DNA from: an uncultured Methanospirillum sp.
GTDB taxonomy: Archaea; Halobacteriota; Methanomicrobia; Methanomicrobiales; Methanospirillaceae
NCBI GenBank assembly: GCA_964637135.1
Contig: CAZWTX010000006.1
Coordinates: 62,001-117,987 of the forward strand
Direction of reading: 5' to 3'
DNA length: 55,987 bases
The position numbers and the translations under genes were made by a program. The notes under the pieces were generated by a model, which made no database searches, was not told where the DNA came from, and saw only the letters and a list, made by a program, of their open reading frames with translations. Of the stretch, positions 8,451 through 19,478 are shown one piece after another. The stretch's first letter is position 1. Every line of letters starts with the position of its first letter.

Positions 8451-9767
8451 TCAGGACCGGTCTGCCAGGTACCTTGCAAGCCAGTATATGCCGTCCGATG
8501 AGGGATGGACCTCGTAGAACGATTCGAGATCCTGCACCCTGATCCCGGCATTGATCATCCATCCGGCATATGCTGCCGCTGTTGCAGCGACGGGAGATGC
8601 TTCTGCCATGGAACATATTTTCCCGGTATTATCAGTACTGAGTGATGTCACCCCGGTATGGCGTTCAGGAACCGACCAGAAGGTTCCCGGGCCTGCAGGG
8701 CCGGGTATGGATACCCCTTTTCCTGAAAAACCGGGAAGGTGGCACCAGCCGAGGTCATTTTTTAGTTTGATCGCCTGGGGGATGGCGACAGGCATCGGCA
8801 TCGGAACGTGACCGAGGATGATATCCGCTGCAAGACGCCCGTATCTCCGTGCAACCGGGGTGAGAAACCCGTTCCCGGTGACATCTCCGGCGGCATACAC
8901 CCCGGGGACTGATGTCTCAAGGTGGTCTGAAACCCTGATACTCCCGTCTGCATTCTTCTCGATTCCTGCAATAAATCCGGTATCCGGAGTCATACCGGTT
9001 GCAATCAGCACTGCCTCGCAGGGTATCAGTTCCTCCCCGCCTGGGCCGTTAATGGAGACACCTGAAACAGATCCTGTCCTGGTTATCTCCCGGACGGTCG
9101 CCTCTTCGATGATCTTCACCCGGTCAAGGTCCTTTTTTGCCTGTTGGACAAGCGTTTCAGGAATCTGGTGAAGGAGGGTGCTTCTGACGATCATCGTCAC
9201 TGTGGTCCCGAGGGATGCGAAGATATAGGCAAACTCAGCTGCAATGACCCCTCCGCCGATGATGACAAGACGCTTTGGAAGAGTTGCCATGGAGAGGATG
9301 GTATGAGCGGTGTATACCCCGTCCAGTTCCTTTCCGGGAATATCAGGAATGTTCGGTCTTGCTCCGCAGGCAAGAATGAGTTTATCGGCTGGTATCGTCT
9401 CTCCGTTCACCCTGACCGCTCTCCCGTTCACAACCGCTTCACCGGTGATGACCCTGACTCCCGCATCGATCGTTTCCCTGTCGAGGACCCCGGCGATCGT
9501 TGTGATAATGGTCCGAAGTTCCCTGATAAGAACCGGGTAAGAGACCGTGAGGGATCCTGACACAATTCCCATCTCTCTGAACCTGGCAGCCTGGTCAAGG
9601 GTTCGCGCCAGGTCGTTGAGTGCGCAGATAATCATGCAGCCCTGGTGAAGACACTGGCCGCCAAGTCCCTCCACCCTCCGGTCAACCAGGGTGACTTCTT
9701 TTCCAGCCCCGGCAAGCCTCATGGCAGCATATCGTCCGGCAGGTCCACCGCCGACCACAACAATCAT
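8451..9767 (-). CDS. Class I pyridine nucleotide-disulfide oxidoreductase (dihydrolipoamide dehydrogenase-like)
   Basis: GGGPAG FAD motif, GGQCLHQGC redox disulfide, GGGVIAAE NAD motif, YAAGD, and C-terminal VHPS. Confidence 0.85.
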   Translation of the reverse strand: MIVVVGGGPAGRYAAMRLAGAGKEVTLVDRRVEGLGGQCLHQGCMIICALNDLARTLDQAARFREMGIVSGSLTVSYPVLIRELRTIITTIAGVLDRETIDAGVRVITGEAVVNGRAVRVNGETIPADKLILACGARPNIPDIPGKELDGVYTAHTILSMATLPKRLVIIGGGVIAAEFAYIFASLGTTVTMIVRSTLLHQIPETLVQQAKKDLDRVKIIEEATVREITRTGSVSGVSINGPGGEELIPCEAVLIATGMTPDTGFIAGIEKNADGSIRVSDHLETSVPGVYAAGDVTGNGFLTPVARRYGRLAADIILGHVPMPMPVAIPQAIKLKNDLGWCHLPGFSGKGVSIPGPAGPGTFWSVPERHTGVTSLSTDNTGKICSMAEASPVAATAAAYAGWMINAGIRVQDLESFYEVHPSSDGIYWLARYLADRS

Positions 9768-9769
9768 GT

Positions 9770-9777
9770 AAAAAAAA
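9770..9777 (-). terminator. Oligo-U terminator candidate after the ArsR-Hsp20 pair
   Basis: T8 tract on the minus strand, about 33 nt past the Hsp20-like stop. Confidence 0.45.
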
Positions 9778-9809
9778 GTATCTCTGAAACCTGAAAGGGT
9801 CTTCGGGTT

Positions 9810-10295
9810 TCAGCCGGCATTGCCCGAACCGGTATCCTGTTCCGGTTCTGATGGAATAGATGGGCTTTCATCCTCTTTTACGAGAACGGCATCGAGAATA
9901 CCGTTCCGGTATGACCAGGTACACTGATCCGGAATAATCCTGAACGGAAGGTGAACCCGCCCGCTGGATCCTGAAGATGCAATTTCACAGATATCATTCT
10001 TAAACGAGACATCCGGTGTTTCTCCGCCGGGAACCGAGATCTGGACCGTCAGGTATGCTTTCTCCCCGGTATCAGTCATCTCATAGGGTACTTCCTGGGA
10101 ACTGTGGCAGGATGCTCTATAGTCATTTCCTGCATGCCTGGGGATTCCGGTGCCTGCAATAATGGCACATCCAAAGATCTGGGAGTTTTCTGATTGCCTG
10201 GTTCCACCCTGCTGTAACCGCTGATCCATGCTGGCCAGTTGTTCAATCAGCCGGGCCAAATTTTTGAGCAGGTCATCATACGGATTGTTCTGCAT
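9810..10295 (-). CDS. Small heat-shock protein (Hsp20/CS-domain)-like
   Basis: Alpha-crystallin-type ending VHLP...[14 protein letters not shown]. It overlaps the upstream ArsR gene. Confidence 0.65.
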   Translation of the reverse strand: MQNNPYDDLLKNLARLIEQLASMDQRLQQGGTRQSENSQIFGCAIIAGTGIPRHAGNDYRASCHSSQEVPYEMTDTGEKAYLTVQISVPGGETPDVSFKNDICEIASSGSSGRVHLPFRIIPDQCTWSYRNGILDAVLVKEDESPSIPSEPEQDTGSGNAG

Positions 10296-10908
10296 ATATA
10301 CCTCGAAGACGGTATGTTGTCCCTGTCCTGCATGCGATTCCCTGTTCTACAAGCGATTCAAGGGTACTTCTGACCTCTTCCTCGGCAATATCGGTCATAC
10401 TGCTGATCTCCTGGGTGGTGTGTGCGCCATGGGCAAGTGCCACCGAGATCATCATCTCAGGTTCACCTGCCCCGCATCGCCGTCCGGAAAGCAGCACCTC
10501 ACCGATCTGCTGATCAATATCCCGCTCAATCTCCTCGAGACCGGAGACCAGCTCATCCCGTTTTATGATGAGCTGGAAGAGTTTCTGAAGAGAAATACGC
10601 AGATGCTGATCATCACTCAGCACGAGGGGGATCAGACCCTGCTTCTGTTGCTGCAGTTGTACCTGGATACTGATATCCTGCTCCAGGTAGTAATACTTCC
10701 TCCTCTTGTCATCATGATGATAGGCAAGGATTCGTGCCTCCTCAAGCATCTGCAGATGGTCTATCACCGCTTTTGGAGATATCATCAGCCGCTCCGAGAT
10801 CTCGGTGACGAAGCAGGGCTTGTTCCTGAGCAGGTCAATGATCCTCCTTCTGTTCCGGTTCCCCAGGATATCAAGCAACCGGGACAGATCAGTTGGGTCC
10901 ATCATCAC
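10276..10908 (-). CDS. ArsR-family wHTH regulator, HSR1-like heat-shock repressor
   Basis: [13 protein letters not shown]...[22 protein letters not shown]...RRKYY, then a coiled coil and a second HTH. The start is GTG 10908 or ATG 10905/10902. Confidence 0.85.
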   Translation of the reverse strand: MMMDPTDLSRLLDILGNRNRRRIIDLLRNKPCFVTEISERLMISPKAVIDHLQMLEEARILAYHHDDKRRKYYYLEQDISIQVQLQQQKQGLIPLVLSDDQHLRISLQKLFQLIIKRDELVSGLEEIERDIDQQIGEVLLSGRRCGAGEPEMMISVALAHGAHTTQEISSMTDIAEEEVRSTLESLVEQGIACRTGTTYRLRGIYAEQSV

Positions 10909-10924
10909 TAACTCTATGTTAGTG
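10906..10924. promoter_or_regulatory. Palindromic operator CACTAAC-N5-GTTAGTG (HSR1-type CTAAC-N5-GTTAG)
   Basis: Perfect 7-bp inverted repeat with a 5-nt spacer over the regulator's start codon. A TATA-like ACTATTAT lies at 10943-10936 on the minus strand. Confidence 0.8.
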
Positions 10925-10946
10925 TAAAAGAGAGGATAATAGTATC

Positions 10947-12407
10947 TCAGATCCGGTAATTCGGCGCTTCATCGGTGATGGTGATGTTATGGGGATGACT
11001 CTCGGTATACCCGGCATGGGTAATCCTGACAAACCGGGTACGTCTGTGCATGTCATCAATCGTTGCCGATCCGGTATATCCCATGGCTGATTTAAGCCCC
11101 CCGATCATCTGGTAGATGACATCTGCAACCGGGCCGACATACGGGGTAACCCCTTCAACCCCCTCGGGGACAAACTTGGTCCGCCCGATCTCTTTCTTCT
11201 GGAAGTACCGGTCAGACGAAACCCCGGTACTCATCACGCCAAGGGATCCCATGCCCCGGTACTGTTTGTATTTCCGTCCCTTGATCGTGACAAGCTGGCC
11301 GGGAGCCTCATCGGTCCCGGCAAAAAGATGACCCATCATTACTGAGTCGGCTCCGGCGGCGATTGCCTTCGCGACATCGCCGCTGTACCTGATACCACCA
11401 TCGGCGATGACCGGCACACCGGCAGCATGGGCAACTTCAGCAACATGGGCAATGGCCGTGATCTGCGGAACGCCCACCCCGGCCACGACACGGGTCGTGC
11501 ATATCGATCCTGGTCCGATACCGACTTTCAACCCGTCAACCGTATCAGCAAGCGCCTCTGCAGCCTCCCTGGTTGCGATGTTTCCGGCCACGATATCACA
11601 GGAGGCACTCGCCGCAATCTCTCTGACCGATCGCACCACGTTGAGGTTATGGCCGTGAGCACAGTCCACCGCGATTGCATCGACACCCGCTTCCTGCAGG
11701 AGGTCCGCCCGTTTCAGATCAAAGGGCCCGATTGCAGCGGCTACCCTCAGGTTGCCTGAGGCGTCCCGGGCAGCATTGGGATACTGGCGCTTCTCGAGGA
11801 GATCCTGCATTGAAATGATCCCGAGAAGGCCGCCTTCTCCGGATACCACCGGGAGCCGTTCGACCTTGCGCGAGTACATGAGTTCAAAAGCCTCTTCGAG
11901 GGTGATCTCCTCGGGAACGACGATCGGTTCGGGGGTCATGATTCCGGCGACGGTCTCGGATCCTCTCTTGTGGGCGATCGCCCTGACATCACGCTTGCTG
12001 ACAATCCCGATCACCTTTCCGTCTTTGACCACCGGAACACCGCCGATACCATGGTAGGTCATGATCCGATCAACCTGGGCGACGGTTGTATCCGGGTCGA
12101 CGGTGAGAACGTCACGCTGGATGATCTCTGCTTCCCGCTTCACTGCCCTGACCTCGTCGGCCTCTGCCTCGGCTGACATGTTCCGGTGGATCACCGATAT
12201 GCCACCTGCCCGGGCAAGGGCGATTGCCATATGCGAGGTGGAGACCGTATCCATCGCGGCACTGACAAGGGGGATGTTGAGGGGGATGTTCTTTGAGAAC
12301 CGTGAAGAAACGTCGGTCTGGTCCGGCTCTACCTCCGACGCCGCCGGTTCGAGGAGAACGTCATCGAAGGTAAGTGCTATTGGTATGTTCAGTTTTTCCG
12401 GGTACAT
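10947..12407 (-). CDS. guaB: IMP dehydrogenase
   Basis: [12 protein letters not shown] pair, [30 protein letters not shown]. Confidence 0.98.
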   Translation of the reverse strand: MYPEKLNIPIALTFDDVLLEPAASEVEPDQTDVSSRFSKNIPLNIPLVSAAMDTVSTSHMAIALARAGGISVIHRNMSAEAEADEVRAVKREAEIIQRDVLTVDPDTTVAQVDRIMTYHGIGGVPVVKDGKVIGIVSKRDVRAIAHKRGSETVAGIMTPEPIVVPEEITLEEAFELMYSRKVERLPVVSGEGGLLGIISMQDLLEKRQYPNAARDASGNLRVAAAIGPFDLKRADLLQEAGVDAIAVDCAHGHNLNVVRSVREIAASASCDIVAGNIATREAAEALADTVDGLKVGIGPGSICTTRVVAGVGVPQITAIAHVAEVAHAAGVPVIADGGIRYSGDVAKAIAAGADSVMMGHLFAGTDEAPGQLVTIKGRKYKQYRGMGSLGVMSTGVSSDRYFQKKEIGRTKFVPEGVEGVTPYVGPVADVIYQMIGGLKSAMGYTGSATIDDMHRRTRFVRITHAGYTESHPHNITITDEAPNYRI

Positions 12408-12409
12408 GA

Positions 12410-13096
12410 TCAGTGAACCATGCTTACTGCTTTGAGAACGAGATCTTCGCGTACCATTGCACGCCGATCCCCGCCACAGACCATACCCCTGACCCCGATG
12501 ATGTCAGGGTTGATTCGCTTGAGGAGTTCGAGATCCTCGAACTTGAGGGAACCGGCCAGGGCTGTCCGTATTCCAAGGCTTCGGTTCAGATTCGTAAAAG
12601 CGGTAAGGCGCTCCCCGTTCATGAACTCAAAGGTGGATCTGCCGTCTTTTATACCGGTGTCAACCATAGCGACATCGGCACCTTCCCGTGCGGCGATTGG
12701 TGCCATCTCTTCAGGAGATATGGTCTCAAGCCGCTCATGGTCTGAGTATGCGGCGATAACGACGGTCTTTTCAGGATAGGTATCTTTTACAGCCCTGACC
12801 ACCGCACGGATGACTGCAGCAGCCTCATTTTCACCTGAAAACATCAGCCCGATCTTGATGTAATCTGCTCCTGCCGCTGCCGCTCCGAGGGCCGTCAGGG
12901 CAGCTCCACCCGGCTTGTAATCAAAATCTCCTATTGCGGCACTGACCGGTTTATGGGTAAGGTTCTTGATCGCCCTGATGATCCACGGAAAAGAAGCGCC
13001 GAGCGATCCCTCCTCAGGACGTTTTACGTCAACAATATCGGCAGCCAGGGCAAATCTGGCTTCTTCTATACTTGCCGGGCTGACTAGCAACTGCAT
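12410..13096 (-). CDS. mfnB: (5-formylfuran-3-yl)methyl phosphate synthase (methanofuran biosynthesis)
   Basis: LLVSP...DVKRPEEGSLGA, DYIKIGL, MVDTGIKDG, ALAGSL, GVRGMVC. Confidence 0.93.
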   Translation of the reverse strand: MQLLVSPASIEEARFALAADIVDVKRPEEGSLGASFPWIIRAIKNLTHKPVSAAIGDFDYKPGGAALTALGAAAAGADYIKIGLMFSGENEAAAVIRAVVRAVKDTYPEKTVVIAAYSDHERLETISPEEMAPIAAREGADVAMVDTGIKDGRSTFEFMNGERLTAFTNLNRSLGIRTALAGSLKFEDLELLKRINPDIIGVRGMVCGGDRRAMVREDLVLKAVSMVH

Positions 13097-13140
13097 ACAT
13101 TTTATGCACCTGATATCTAAATAGTGATTACGTTAGAAAT

Positions 13141-13812
13141 ATGGACGTCATTCTTGCCGCAGACCTAAAAAACGGCTCCATTGTTCATGGAAAATCAGGC
13201 ATGCGGGAGACCTATTTTCCCATCAGAACCCCGCTTACCCCTGCTTCGGATCCGGTATCATTTGTCCGCGATATCTCTCCGAAATACCTTTATCTTGCAG
13301 ATCTTGACCGCATATCGGGGAATGGTGACCACGATACCGTCATCCCGGAGCTGGTCCCGCTTACAAGGGAGATCTACCTGGATCGCGGATCATCAGGCCC
13401 TGGTGATATCCTTCCCGGGCAGGGGATCACGCCCGTGTATGGAACCGAGACTGCCGGACCGGATTTCACCCGTTATCAGGGCGGATACCTGAGCGTGGAT
13501 ATCAGGGACGGCTGCGTTATCCCGACCGGGGAGGATCCCGTTCATTTCCTGTCGCGTGCTGATCGGTTCTCCTTTGACGGGTGTATCATCCTCAACATTA
13601 CCGGTGTCGGCACAAAAGAGGGCCTGGACCAGGATCTTCTTGCAGCCTGCCGGGAGGCATACCACGGACGGCTCCTCTGGGGAGGCGGCGTTGGTACCAG
13701 CTCAGATCTTGATCTGCTCGCTGAAACCCATTTTGACGGAACAATCATCGCGACTGCAGTTCATAGCGGGATGATACCCGTTGACGTACTCAGGAGGGGA
13801 TCCTGGTGCTGA
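13141..13812 (+). CDS. HisA/HisF-related TIM-barrel protein (methanogen type)
   Basis: ILAADLKNGSIVHGKSG.RETY, LYLADLDRI, GVGT, GGGV, IATAVH. Confidence 0.82.
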   Translation: MDVILAADLKNGSIVHGKSGMRETYFPIRTPLTPASDPVSFVRDISPKYLYLADLDRISGNGDHDTVIPELVPLTREIYLDRGSSGPGDILPGQGITPVYGTETAGPDFTRYQGGYLSVDIRDGCVIPTGEDPVHFLSRADRFSFDGCIILNITGVGTKEGLDQDLLAACREAYHGRLLWGGGVGTSSDLDLLAETHFDGTIIATAVHSGMIPVDVLRRGSWC

Positions 13813-14405
13813 TCACCCTTGAGGGGATCGATGGAACGGGGAAGAGCACCCTTCATGCCGCTCTCGGCGATGCCCTTGCCGATCTAAACCCGGTCATGAC
13901 CCGGGAACCGGGAGCAACCTGGATCGGTGAATCGGTCCGCCGGGCAATCGCTGAAGATGCAGATCCGATAGCCGAAGCACTGCTCTTCGCTGCCGATCAT
14001 GCAGCCCACCTGGCCGGGATTATCAGACCTGCCCTAACTGGCGGACAGCTCGTGATCTCTGACCGGTACATCGACAGCAGGTATGCATACCAGCAGGTTA
14101 CCCTTGCTTCTATCCTGGAAGATCCCCTCTCCTGGCTCCGTGCTGTCCATGGTTCCTGGACGATTCTGCCGGATATGACGTTTCTTCTTATGGTCCCTGT
14201 TGATATCGCCCTAGAACGAACCGGGATGCGGGAGAGAGGAGAGCATTTTGAGCAGCGGGATATCCTTGAGATGGTCCAGGAACGATACCTGGAGCTGGCA
14301 ACTGCTGAACCGGTACGGTTTACCATCATCGACGCGACCCTGCCGCCCGGACAGATTCTCCGGTTTGTTACCGAAACGATCCGTTCCCGCATTCGCTGCG
14401 GGTAG
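13806..14405 (+). CDS. tmk: Thymidylate kinase
   Basis: LITLEGIDGTGKST P-loop, TREPG, ISDRYIDSRYAYQ. GTG start overlaps the upstream stop. Confidence 0.95.
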   Translation: MLITLEGIDGTGKSTLHAALGDALADLNPVMTREPGATWIGESVRRAIAEDADPIAEALLFAADHAAHLAGIIRPALTGGQLVISDRYIDSRYAYQQVTLASILEDPLSWLRAVHGSWTILPDMTFLLMVPVDIALERTGMRERGEHFEQRDILEMVQERYLELATAEPVRFTIIDATLPPGQILRFVTETIRSRIRCG

Positions 14406-14420
14406 AGAAAAAGAGGGTGT

Positions 14421-17015
14421 TCAGGATGCCTGTTCGATGGTGATGATCAGATCATCGCCTGAGATCAGGTCAACGGCAGCCCCGGAAACCGTAAAGGAGG
14501 TCTCCGGCACGACTGCCCCCACCGGCACGGCGATCTCCTCGCCCCCGATATTCAGGGTTTTTGGTAGTGATGTGATCTGATCTTTCGGCATCGCTTCGAT
14601 GGTCTCCATGAACGCTTTTGCTTTACCACGAAGCTGTGGTCCGATGATTCCCATGTTAAAGGAGACTCCGGTAACTGCCTCGGTGAGATCCGGTTTTCCG
14701 GCGATGAAGGCCACCGGTGCATTCAGGGCACGCGAAGCGTCCCCGCCGTCCTCAATGGCGACAGGGACATATACCGTGATCGTTCCGAGCGGTGCGTTGA
14801 GGGCAAGACCCTTGTCATGCTTGTACCGCCTGATCTCGGTGATCACCTTCACCAGGAGGTCGCCCTGTGCGGCCGCCGCCGCATCAGCGTATGAACCCGT
14901 GACCCAGGACTGCTTGTGTACTGACCCGCTGGCAAAGAATGACCAGATCTCCTCGGCAAAGTAGGGAGTGAACGGAGCGAGCATTCTACAGATGGCATCG
15001 AGTGCCGTATGTATGGCAACACAGGCGCTGTCCCGTCCTTCTCCCCCGTAAAGGCGTCCCTTCACGATCTCGATGTAATTGTCGGCAAGATCATCCCAGG
15101 CAAACTCACGGATGGCCCGGAGACCCTTGTCAAACTGGTATGTTTCCAGCGCCCCGGTAACCTCCCTGATGGTCGCGTCAAGCCGGGTGAGCAGCCACCG
15201 GTCGGCAAGAACCGTGACTGCTGTATCAGCCTTGTACGGTTTCTGGAGCTGCATGAGGGAGAACCGGGCAATGTTGTACATCTTGGTAAGAAACCGGTTT
15301 GCCGCGATCACGTCGTTCCAGTTGAACTGGATGTCTGACCCGGTTGCAGCTCCCGCCGCTGCCCACTGGCGAAGGGAATCCGCCCCGTACTGGCTCAGGA
15401 TCTCCTCCGGTACCGTGACATTCCCCCGGCTCTTGCTCATCTTGAACCCGTCCTCGCCAAGCACCATTCCATTGACCAGAATCTGTTCCCATGGTTTTTG
15501 CCCGGTGAGTGAGACTGCCCTCAAGATCGAGTAGAACGCCCATGTCCTGATGATATCGTGACCCTGCGGGCGAATCTGTGCCGGAAAAAGCGGTGGCACG
15601 GCTGATTTTCCGTCCCACCCGGTTACGTGCATCACCGAGATGGATGAGTCCATCCAGGTATCGAGTACATCGGTCTCTGCTGTGTACGCACGGCTGCCGC
15701 ATTTCGGGCAGGGATTTTTCGGGGCATCAGTGGTGGGATCGACCGGGAGATCCTCCAGGTCGGGAAGCAGGATCTCCCCGCAGTCCTTGCAGAACCAAAT
15801 AGGTATCGGAGTGGCAAAGATACGCTGGCGTGATATACACCAGTCCCACTCCATCTGCTCGATCCAGTTCTCCATCCTGAGGAACATATGTTCAGGATAC
15901 CATCTGACCTCCTTCGCTGCCGTCATCGCCGCTTCATGCGGGATCCTGACGAACCACTGGTGCTCGGAGAGGATCTCGATCGGGGTTTTGCACCGCCAGC
16001 AGGTTCCTACCCGCTGGTCAAGCGGTTCCTGCCTGATAAGGATCCCCTGGTCCTTCATCTCGGTGAGGATCGCCGTGCGGCACTCGGTAGTACTCATCCC
16101 CTGGTACTTCCCGGCGATGGCTGTCATCTTCCCGGTTTTATCGATCGCCTTGCGGAGCGGGAGATTGTGGATCTTCCACCAGAGAACATCCTGCTTGTCA
16201 CCGAAGGTACAGATCATCACGGCACCAGACCCGAATGCCGGATCGACTGCCTCATCAGCGATGATGGTTACATCATGCCCGAAGAGCGGTACCTTCAGGG
16301 TCTGTCCGGTTCGTCCCTTGTACCGGTCGTCTCCTGGATGAACGGCAACTGCGACACAGGCGGCGAGGAGTTCCGGCCGGGTAGTGGCAATCTCGATCCC
16401 GTCAAAATTGAAGAAGTTCAGCGAGGTCTGCCGGTCAGAGTAGTTCACCTCGGCAAATGCAATGGCCGTCTCGCAGCGGGGACAGAAATTTACCGGATGA
16501 TCGGACTGGTAAATCTGCCCGGCATGGTACATCTTTAAAAACGATTTCTGGGTCTTGCCGAAGTAATACGGCATCATCGTGATGTACTCATGGCTCCAGT
16601 CGATAGAGAAGGCCATGCGTCGCATGGATGCCCGCATCTTTTCGATGTTGGCAATCGTAAGATCCCGGCACATCTCACGGAACTGCTGGCGGGGTACATC
16701 GTTCTTCGTGATCTTATGTATCTCCTCGACTTTCACCTCGGTAGGCAGTCCGTGGCAGTCCCATCCCTGGGGGAACATCACGTTGTACCCGTTCATCCGC
16801 TTGTACCTGGCGATAAAATCGATATAGCACCAGTTGAAGGCGTTTCCGATATGAAACTCGCCGGTGGGATACGGTGGCGGTGTATCAATGACAAACTGGG
16901 GACGGTCAGAGTTTTCCTTGAAATAATGATCTTCGTCCTTCCAGGTCTGCTGCCACCGTGATTCGACTTCACGGTAATCGTAGTTCTTGGGAAGTTCCGT
17001 TCGGACCGGCGACAT
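14421..17015 (-). CDS. valS: Valine--tRNA ligase
   Basis: [15 protein letters not shown] (HIGH), [23 protein letters not shown]. Confidence 0.97.
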   Translation of the reverse strand: MSPVRTELPKNYDYREVESRWQQTWKDEDHYFKENSDRPQFVIDTPPPYPTGEFHIGNAFNWCYIDFIARYKRMNGYNVMFPQGWDCHGLPTEVKVEEIHKITKNDVPRQQFREMCRDLTIANIEKMRASMRRMAFSIDWSHEYITMMPYYFGKTQKSFLKMYHAGQIYQSDHPVNFCPRCETAIAFAEVNYSDRQTSLNFFNFDGIEIATTRPELLAACVAVAVHPGDDRYKGRTGQTLKVPLFGHDVTIIADEAVDPAFGSGAVMICTFGDKQDVLWWKIHNLPLRKAIDKTGKMTAIAGKYQGMSTTECRTAILTEMKDQGILIRQEPLDQRVGTCWRCKTPIEILSEHQWFVRIPHEAAMTAAKEVRWYPEHMFLRMENWIEQMEWDWCISRQRIFATPIPIWFCKDCGEILLPDLEDLPVDPTTDAPKNPCPKCGSRAYTAETDVLDTWMDSSISVMHVTGWDGKSAVPPLFPAQIRPQGHDIIRTWAFYSILRAVSLTGQKPWEQILVNGMVLGEDGFKMSKSRGNVTVPEEILSQYGADSLRQWAAAGAATGSDIQFNWNDVIAANRFLTKMYNIARFSLMQLQKPYKADTAVTVLADRWLLTRLDATIREVTGALETYQFDKGLRAIREFAWDDLADNYIEIVKGRLYGGEGRDSACVAIHTALDAICRMLAPFTPYFAEEIWSFFASGSVHKQSWVTGSYADAAAAAQGDLLVKVITEIRRYKHDKGLALNAPLGTITVYVPVAIEDGGDASRALNAPVAFIAGKPDLTEAVTGVSFNMGIIGPQLRGKAKAFMETIEAMPKDQITSLPKTLNIGGEEIAVPVGAVVPETSFTVSGAAVDLISGDDLIITIEQAS

Positions 17016-17094
17016 TTCTTATACGTTTGTGATTCCGGGATAATGTATCTGATGGAGCCGGTCGGTGAGAGAAAAAAAGAGGTGAAGAACCGTG

Positions 17095-18168
17095 TCAGCC
17101 CATGGCGCCGATGTTACAGGTGGGGATACCGCTTGGCCCGCGTGCTATATTGAGCGGTTTGATAAGGCTTCTCGCAGTGGTTCTCGCATTCTCAGCCTCG
17201 CTGTCCTGGCCGGTTTTCTGGAGGGCTGTGGCGTATGAGTACCAGATCTCGGATCCGTTCACGCCGAGATCCATCGCTTTCTTGTATGCAGATACCGCCT
17301 TGTCATACTCACCGAGGGTTATCAGGACGTCACCATACGCCTTCTGGGTTACCGGCAGCTGAGAAGAGATCGAGAGGGCGTTCCCATAGGTCTTTGCTGC
17401 CTCTTCAGGTTGTCCGAGGAGGGCGAGGGCATCACCAAGACCGGTGAGGGCTGCCGTATTCTGGGCGTCAATCGAGAGTGCCCGGGTAAAGATCTCCCGT
17501 GCCTCCTCATACTCGTTCATCGTGATGAGGAGATACCCGAAGGCGGTCATTATCTCAGGGTCAGGATTTGCTGTTACTGACTGGTTGTAGGCATTCTTCG
17601 CTTCATTGAGTTGACCGAGGGAGACCAGGTTCTGGGCATATTTACCGATGAGCAGGGGATCAGATCCATTCATCTCGATTGCTTTCTTGTATGCCTTTAC
17701 GGCGTAACTGGCAAGATCGAGGGCTAGCAATCCGTCTCCTTGCCGGATCAGTTCATCATACGAAAGCCCGTCCGTCTCCGCAATGACTTCTTTCTCGTAT
17801 GGCCAGTGGGAATCATACGTGTCTGAATCACTCATATCTGCGTTTTTTACGGATATTTTATCGAAGAAATAGGTGACTGTCGCACCCGGGAGGATAACGG
17901 TACACTCAGGGGTATATGCTCCCATTTTTTTATACGTAAACTTCGGAGAGACCTCGGTTGAGGTATTCCCATCCCCGAATGACCATGTGACACGGTCCCC
18001 GTTTTCGCCGCCGGGGAGCGTGAACTGCACGGTAAGGGGGTATTTTCCTTCGTCAGGGGAGAAATAGGGATCCGCTGTCACCGGAACGGAAACAAGAATC
18101 AGGAGGATTATTCCTGCCAGTATAACGGCAGTTCCCGGGAGGGATGATACGGGAGTGTAGGGTCTCAT
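17095..18168 (-). CDS. Exported PKD-domain plus TPR protein
   Basis: Signal peptide, PLTVQF...WSFGDG...P.FTY...G.Y PKD motif, then TPRs. The likely start is ATG 18168. Confidence 0.8.
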   Translation of the reverse strand: MRPYTPVSSLPGTAVILAGIILLILVSVPVTADPYFSPDEGKYPLTVQFTLPGGENGDRVTWSFGDGNTSTEVSPKFTYKKMGAYTPECTVILPGATVTYFFDKISVKNADMSDSDTYDSHWPYEKEVIAETDGLSYDELIRQGDGLLALDLASYAVKAYKKAIEMNGSDPLLIGKYAQNLVSLGQLNEAKNAYNQSVTANPDPEIMTAFGYLLITMNEYEEAREIFTRALSIDAQNTAALTGLGDALALLGQPEEAAKTYGNALSISSQLPVTQKAYGDVLITLGEYDKAVSAYKKAMDLGVNGSEIWYSYATALQKTGQDSEAENARTTARSLIKPLNIARGPSGIPTCNIGAMG

Positions 18169-18249
18169 CTTGATGATCCGTTTGGCAGCGGTGAATAAAG
18201 GGCTTCTTGAGGGAACGGGGGCAGGTATCTTATCTGGCAGGTTCAAACA

Positions 18250-19470
18250 ATGATCATGGATTTACCCGGGAGATGGATCGCTTTTATCGCCTCAGTGGTG
18301 TTACTGGTGGTCGCCCCGTATCTTCCTGCCGGGTTCCCCGGACTCAGTGTTCTTGGGGGGGCAGTCCTCCTGTTCGTGATCTCACGGGAGATTTCGCTTC
18401 CCCTTGCCCTTGGTATTATCGGGCTGCTTGGAATAACCGGGATCCTGCCGGTCTTCGTACTTTGTGCATCTGTTCTCATCGTTGCTACCAAGGAACTGAT
18501 ATTTCATTATGCCGGGGGAAAACCGGTTGAATATGCACTGACTCTTATCGGTGGGCTCCTGATGGCGGCCGTGGTAATGGAGTACCTGGGAACCACCTCA
18601 TGGCTCTCTGCCGTTGTCGGAGCAACGGTTGCAGTTCTGCTCCATTCGATCATGGGGACCAGCCGGCAGGCGGTCACCGGAGAACTCATCGGGGTGGCGA
18701 TGGTGATGCTCCTGATCGAAGATCTCGAGTACCAGGCCTCATTCCCGCTTGTTCTCACCGCAGCCATCATTGCTTTCTCATTCAGTTACCTCGCCTACCG
18801 GGCAAAGACCGCAGACATTCCCGGTCTCTTTTCGGCAGCCCTCATGGGCATCCTTCTCATCGTCTTCACCGGTATCCCGGGCTTTCTCGTTATGCTCTCC
18901 TTCTTCATCATCGGTTCAGCAGCGACCCGGTACAAGATGGATTACAAAAAGAGCCTCCACGTTGAGCAGGAGGGGGGCGGGGTCCGCGGGTATGTCAACG
19001 TCTTTGCCAACGGGCTGGTCTCCTGCGGTGCTGCGGTCTGCTGGGGGATCACCCGTGAGCCTGCCTGCATGGCGGTATATGTCGGAAGTGTCGCTACTGC
19101 TGCGGCTGATACTGTGGCCGGTGAGATCGGGGTCACCTCCGGAAGACCATACCTGATAACGACCCTGAAACCGGTCCCTGAAGGAACGAACGGGGGAGTT
19201 TCACCTCTCGGAGAAATCGCAGGTCTCTTTGCAGCGATATTCGTTGCTGCCTGTGCAGTTCTGCTCGGACTAGCTGACCTCTCCATCTTTGCTGCCGCGA
19301 TCGTGGGAGGATTCATCGGCGGTAACATTGACAGCCTGATCGGTGATCTACTGGAAAATAGGAAGTATATCGGGAATGCGGGAACCAATCTCCTTGCCAC
19401 CCTTGGGGGCGGGGTGGTAGCGGGCATCATCTGGGTGATAATAACCCCGCTTTTTAATGGTTTTTTGTAG
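18250..19470 (+). CDS. DUF92/TIGR00297-family integral membrane protein
   Basis: Multiple TM helices, RGYVNVFANG, ATAAADTVAGEIG, PEGTNGGVS, IDSLIG. Confidence 0.88.
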   Translation: MIMDLPGRWIAFIASVVLLVVAPYLPAGFPGLSVLGGAVLLFVISREISLPLALGIIGLLGITGILPVFVLCASVLIVATKELIFHYAGGKPVEYALTLIGGLLMAAVVMEYLGTTSWLSAVVGATVAVLLHSIMGTSRQAVTGELIGVAMVMLLIEDLEYQASFPLVLTAAIIAFSFSYLAYRAKTADIPGLFSAALMGILLIVFTGIPGFLVMLSFFIIGSAATRYKMDYKKSLHVEQEGGGVRGYVNVFANGLVSCGAAVCWGITREPACMAVYVGSVATAAADTVAGEIGVTSGRPYLITTLKPVPEGTNGGVSPLGEIAGLFAAIFVAACAVLLGLADLSIFAAAIVGGFIGGNIDSLIGDLLENRKYIGNAGTNLLATLGGGVVAGIIWVIITPLFNGFL

Positions 19471-19478
19471 TTTTTTTG

